Below, piece by piece: positions 60,101 to 64,000 of a stretch of DNA of 64,000 nt. The position numbers and the translations under genes were made by a program. The stretch lies in contig OZ237777.1 in NCBI GenBank assembly GCA_965178125.1, forward strand, positions 62,001-126,000, written 5' to 3'. Below the pieces are notes generated by a model. It was not told the DNA's origin. It saw nothing but the letters and a program-made list of their open reading frames with translations, and ran no database searches. Numbering within the stretch: the stretch's first letter is position 1; each line of letters opens with the position of its first letter. Source of the DNA: Bilabrum cf. latius (Eukaryota).

Positions 60101-63100
60101 GTGCTCGACCAGCCTAGACGCACGAGGCTGCAAGTCGTTGGTTAGCCCGATGCCGTGCCAACCAGGATCAACTTGCCCCCCAATACCCCAGGACATGCTG
60201 TTTCCATCAAGCGTCATTCCGCCTACACGATACTTCGCCATCATGCCGCGCTCCACCGCTCGCACGAAGACGCGCCGACGCGTCTACCAGCATCACGTGT
60301 ACTGAGGCTGCGTGCCTGGATGAGTAGCCTCGGCAATTCGCTGCGAGGGGATGGCTACTGCATTCGGGTTATACACCCTGTTGCCAGAGTGAGCGCCCCT
60401 GTGACAGACTCTCTCCCGCAGCAGGTCCAAAGGCTGGAGAGAGGCGAGGCGGATTCATGCTCCCAGTCCAGCCTCATACAAACCGCCAGAAGGAGTCAAG
60501 CCTCGATGTGTGCGTGTTGAGCTCCGCATCGTCCCGAACATGCGCAGCGATGTCGCGATCGTCGTGAACATTCTTTTTGCGATCGCTGCAGGATATGCAC
60601 ACCAGGTGAACCGCGAGTCCGAGCCAGTTTACCGAGCGAGAGTGGTCTGGTCTGAATCGACCGGATCGCTCAGCTCGCGCTTCCCAGGCGGAAACTCGGC
60701 CACTTTGGCCAAAGTGGATGCAACTGAAGTGCACTGGGCCAATACATTGCTCGAGCTGGCACCAGGCAATGCATGCGACACATACATATCCAAGCCGTCC
60801 CCACCCACGGCAGCAGACAAGCCCGTCTATTCTATTAGCCGAACTCCTGACTTTCCCGTCCGTCGACTGCGCCGCGCTCAGCGCCGAGGAAGGCTGCAGT
60901 ATGGCGGGTTTTCGCAACCTGCCTAGAGGAGGCACTGCCCCAGCCGAAGATGCCTGTCGTATCCACGTCGCGGGGCTGCCGCAAGTAATCGTCCGAATCA
61001 GGGGGGGAGGCAGGCGTTAATGCGCGTCAGGACTGCACACCGCTGCGACCTCGGATCGGCCATGTCCAGGCCTGCGCAGATAGCTGCAGTCCTGCACTTG
61101 ACAGTGTTGTGCATTCCACTGTAACGGGGGGCCGTCCACTGCAGAGAGACAGGCACAGGGCCACTGCTCCCACTCGCTGGGATGACGCCTGCGCAGCTTT
61201 CGTCTCATCACAGACATTGCAGCCTACGCCGGCAGATCTGTAATCGAGCTCCATGCCATTGGGGCCTCCTTCGAGGCCTGACTACCTCCATCACTGTCTT
61301 GTCGGGTCTCCCGTTCCCGTCATGGCTCTGCAGGTCACCTGCATGACGGGGTTCCTTCAACTGAACGCGCAAGTGTGCATGCATGTTCTTCGTCTCCAGG
61401 ACGGCGCCACGTCTTGAGTCATATGCATTTGGTACATGCAGAGGCACTGACTCGAAATCAGAGCCGTAGCCGTCCTAAGGCTCCTGAATGAGAGCACTGC
61501 GCTCATGGCCGGAACCGAGACCCTCGTAAGGGACCAGCAGTCGCTCGCTGCCCTAGGTTGGTGCGTCTCCAATGCCGCATGCAAATTCAGGTGTTCAGGC
61601 CTCGCTGCGCATAGCTCCTTGTCGGCTAATGCTAGCCTGATCTTACCGCTGCTGAGTCGGATATGGAACGGATAGTTTGGCTGCTGCTGCTCGAAGCATA
61701 CACACAATGAACACCACCAGCCATAACGGACTGGCTCAACTCAGCGCAGCTGGGAACTGCTTGTGCAAGTCAACAGGGAGTGGCAAAATGGAATTCATCA
61801 CGCTGACGCAACCAGTACGCCGGCAAGCCGCCGGGCACGAACGACGACTAGCTTCCCATGCCCAGAGTGATCCATGTGCCGAGCCTGGGGGAAAGCAGGT
61901 TAGAGCTTCCTATCTGCCGCCGATGCCTCTGCCGATACTGCCCGTCACCCGACTGGCAGCGGAGGTTTATACCCTGCAGCAGCTTTGGCGCTACCCATTA
62001 GGACGGCTCGCTTGCAGAGCCAGCGATCAGTGTGGTTCTGTGCACAAGCTGCACTCCCTACGCTGCTAGCGTGGTTCTGTGCACAAGCTGCACTCCCTAC
62101 GCTGCTAGCGTGGTTCTGTGCACAAGCTGCACTCCCTCCGCTGCTAGCGTGGTTCTGTGCACAAGCTGCACTCCCTACGCTGCTAGCGTGGTTCTGTGCA
62201 CCAGCTGCACTCCCTCCGCTGCTTACGTGGTTCTGTGCACAAGCTGCACTCCCTCCGCTGCTAGCGTGGTTCTGTGCACAAGCTGCACTCCCTACGCTGC
62301 TAGCGTGGTTCTGTGCACAAGCTGCACTCCCTACGCTGCTAGCGTGGTTCTGTGCACCAGATGCACTCCCTCCGCTGCTTACGTGGTTCTGTGCACAAGC
62401 TGCACTCCCTACGCTGGTAGCGTGGTTCTGTGCACGAGCTGCACTCCCTACGCTGCTAGCGTGGTTCTGTGCACCAGCTGCACTCCCTCCGCTGCTTACG
62501 TGGTTCTGTGCACCAGCTGCACTCCCTCCGCTGCTTACGTGGTTCTGTGCACGAGCTGCACTCCCTACGCTGGTAGCGTGGTTCTGTGCACAAGCTGCAC
62601 TCCCTCCGCTGCTTACGTAGTGACAGTTGGGACCTCCAGCGGCTGAGGCATTACATCTTCACCTCTCAACGGTACAGCGGCGTTCGATCTAAGCGATTCG
62701 ATCGAATTGAAGGCTTGGTTGGGAGCAGGGCAAACGTGCTCTCTTCGAAACGTGCACCACAGCATCTCGCATTCGGCGATGGCACGAGTCTGCAGCACAA
62801 TCCAACAATGCATGTTCAGACACACCTGCACTCACAGTGCGAGACGAGTGCAGCGATTGTTGCTGGTCTCGCAGCTGACACTGCTCTACCTTGGATCTGC
62901 AGTGCTGAACCTCTAGTATTGACGCGAAGGCCTCTTGCACAGCAAAGGAGACGTGTTACGTTACGTGGAGGCATAGAGCGCGCTGGCCGCCCAATCAACT
63001 CCGACACCAAGCCGGCATGCGCGATGCGAGAATAGGAGAGTTTCTGCTAGGAAGTCAGGCCGTGGTGCCATTACCCGTACCAGAGGCGACCGCACCGCAG

Positions 63101-64000
63101 CTTATACGCACCGTAGTGCGCAGAAGCCTGGAGCCCGCTTCGTGCTATGGTCTCACTGCCTAAGCTTCAAATGCTCCTTTCAGCTGTGCCGCACTCGACA
63201 GCGGCTGCAGTCCATGCGTTTTCTGCTGATGGCAGCATAAAGTGCCGGGGGTGGTCCTGCGGCATGGCCGGCAGCGCCAGCGGTGAACAAGGAGACACTG
63301 CCAACGGGGAGCTTGGCAGCGAGGGCTTGGTTGCAGAAGTCAGCCGCGCCATCCCCCAGAGGCTGATATCGCGCATGCTCACGCCCGGAGATATCAGCTG
63401 CTGCACACTGTGGGGGGCCAGGTCGCACATGCCCATGCCACAGCTCTTCGAGCGGTCACACAACAGGCTCTGCAGGCAAGCCAGCTCTGCAGCTCTCCCG
63501 GTTGGGACACGCCACGAATGCGGACGAGCTGTCATTTTCCCTGGATGCAACGTGCTTGCCATCTATCCGATGCTGTGCCTTGCGTAACTACTCCAGGCAG
63601 CTGGAGCAGGTACTGCGGGCACAGCTTGCATTTCAACTTCATCCAAACCCTACGCAGCACCAGCTCCACCAGCCTGCTGTAGTACCACGCCTAGCAGCGC
63701 AAGCCAGCTCTCCCACTGGTCTGCCAGCTCCTGCTGCGGCCGCTCCCTGTGCGCCGGTTGCCGTGAAGGTTAAATTTGCTCGTGATAGCAGCGTTCCGCA
63801 TGGCGACCAACCTCGCGATATCCCGAGCCCAGAACCTGACCTGGGCGTCCACTGACTTGCTTCCGTTCTTCTCAAGCCGCTTTCGGCTCAATATCCGATC
63901 CTGCCGGAGGGCGTGAACATATACTCCGAAAGATCACCGCCCTTCCTGTTGATCAACCGAGGTCACCTCAATCAGGATCTCCTTCTCCCCGGGTGCCCTG
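57178..64000 (-). pseudogene. Large degraded coding region, possibly a KDZ (Kyakuja-Dileera-Zisupton)-like transposon remnant
   Basis: Protein-like stretches are broken by TAA, TGA, TAG and frameshifts. Weak motifs in order: GCNVCDE...ALCLSL..VTVE (~61220), DTTGIFGW (~60950), GMTLDGNSMSW (~60205), TMRPGAWWSVVPRHG (~57930). The family assignment is speculative. Confidence 0.3.
62032..62619. repeat. 39-bp minisatellite, about 15 copies
   Basis: Unit gtggttctgtgcacaagctgcactccctMcgctgctagc. Confidence 0.97.

Overview
GC-rich, repeat-dominated DNA from a microbial eukaryote. Evidence for a eukaryote: GT-AG introns, a cadherin/IPT pseudogene, RTE-like LINE fragments and tyrosine-recombinase retroelements. 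I saw no rRNA, tRNA, CRISPR array or operon. The centre of the window is nested: a ~20 kb minus-strand Ngaro-type element with split direct repeats (12934-33181) is mostly filled by a ~130-bp satellite. A second Ngaro family (21549-28126) has inserted into that satellite without a target-site duplication (TSD). A deleted twin of the second family (10252-12061) sits in a neighbouring 179-bp satellite. The main observation concerns five protein-like reading frames: a Zn2Cys6/2OG-oxygenase gene, two related Cys/His genes and two LINE ORF ends. Together they hold 21 in-frame TAG codons, no exonic TAA/TGA and no frameshift, and all end at TGA. This fits either a nuclear UAG=Gln code or a RIP-like CpA>TpA mutator, whose footprint is also visible in the repeats; both may operate. 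All translations and alignments were done by eye and no database searches were run.
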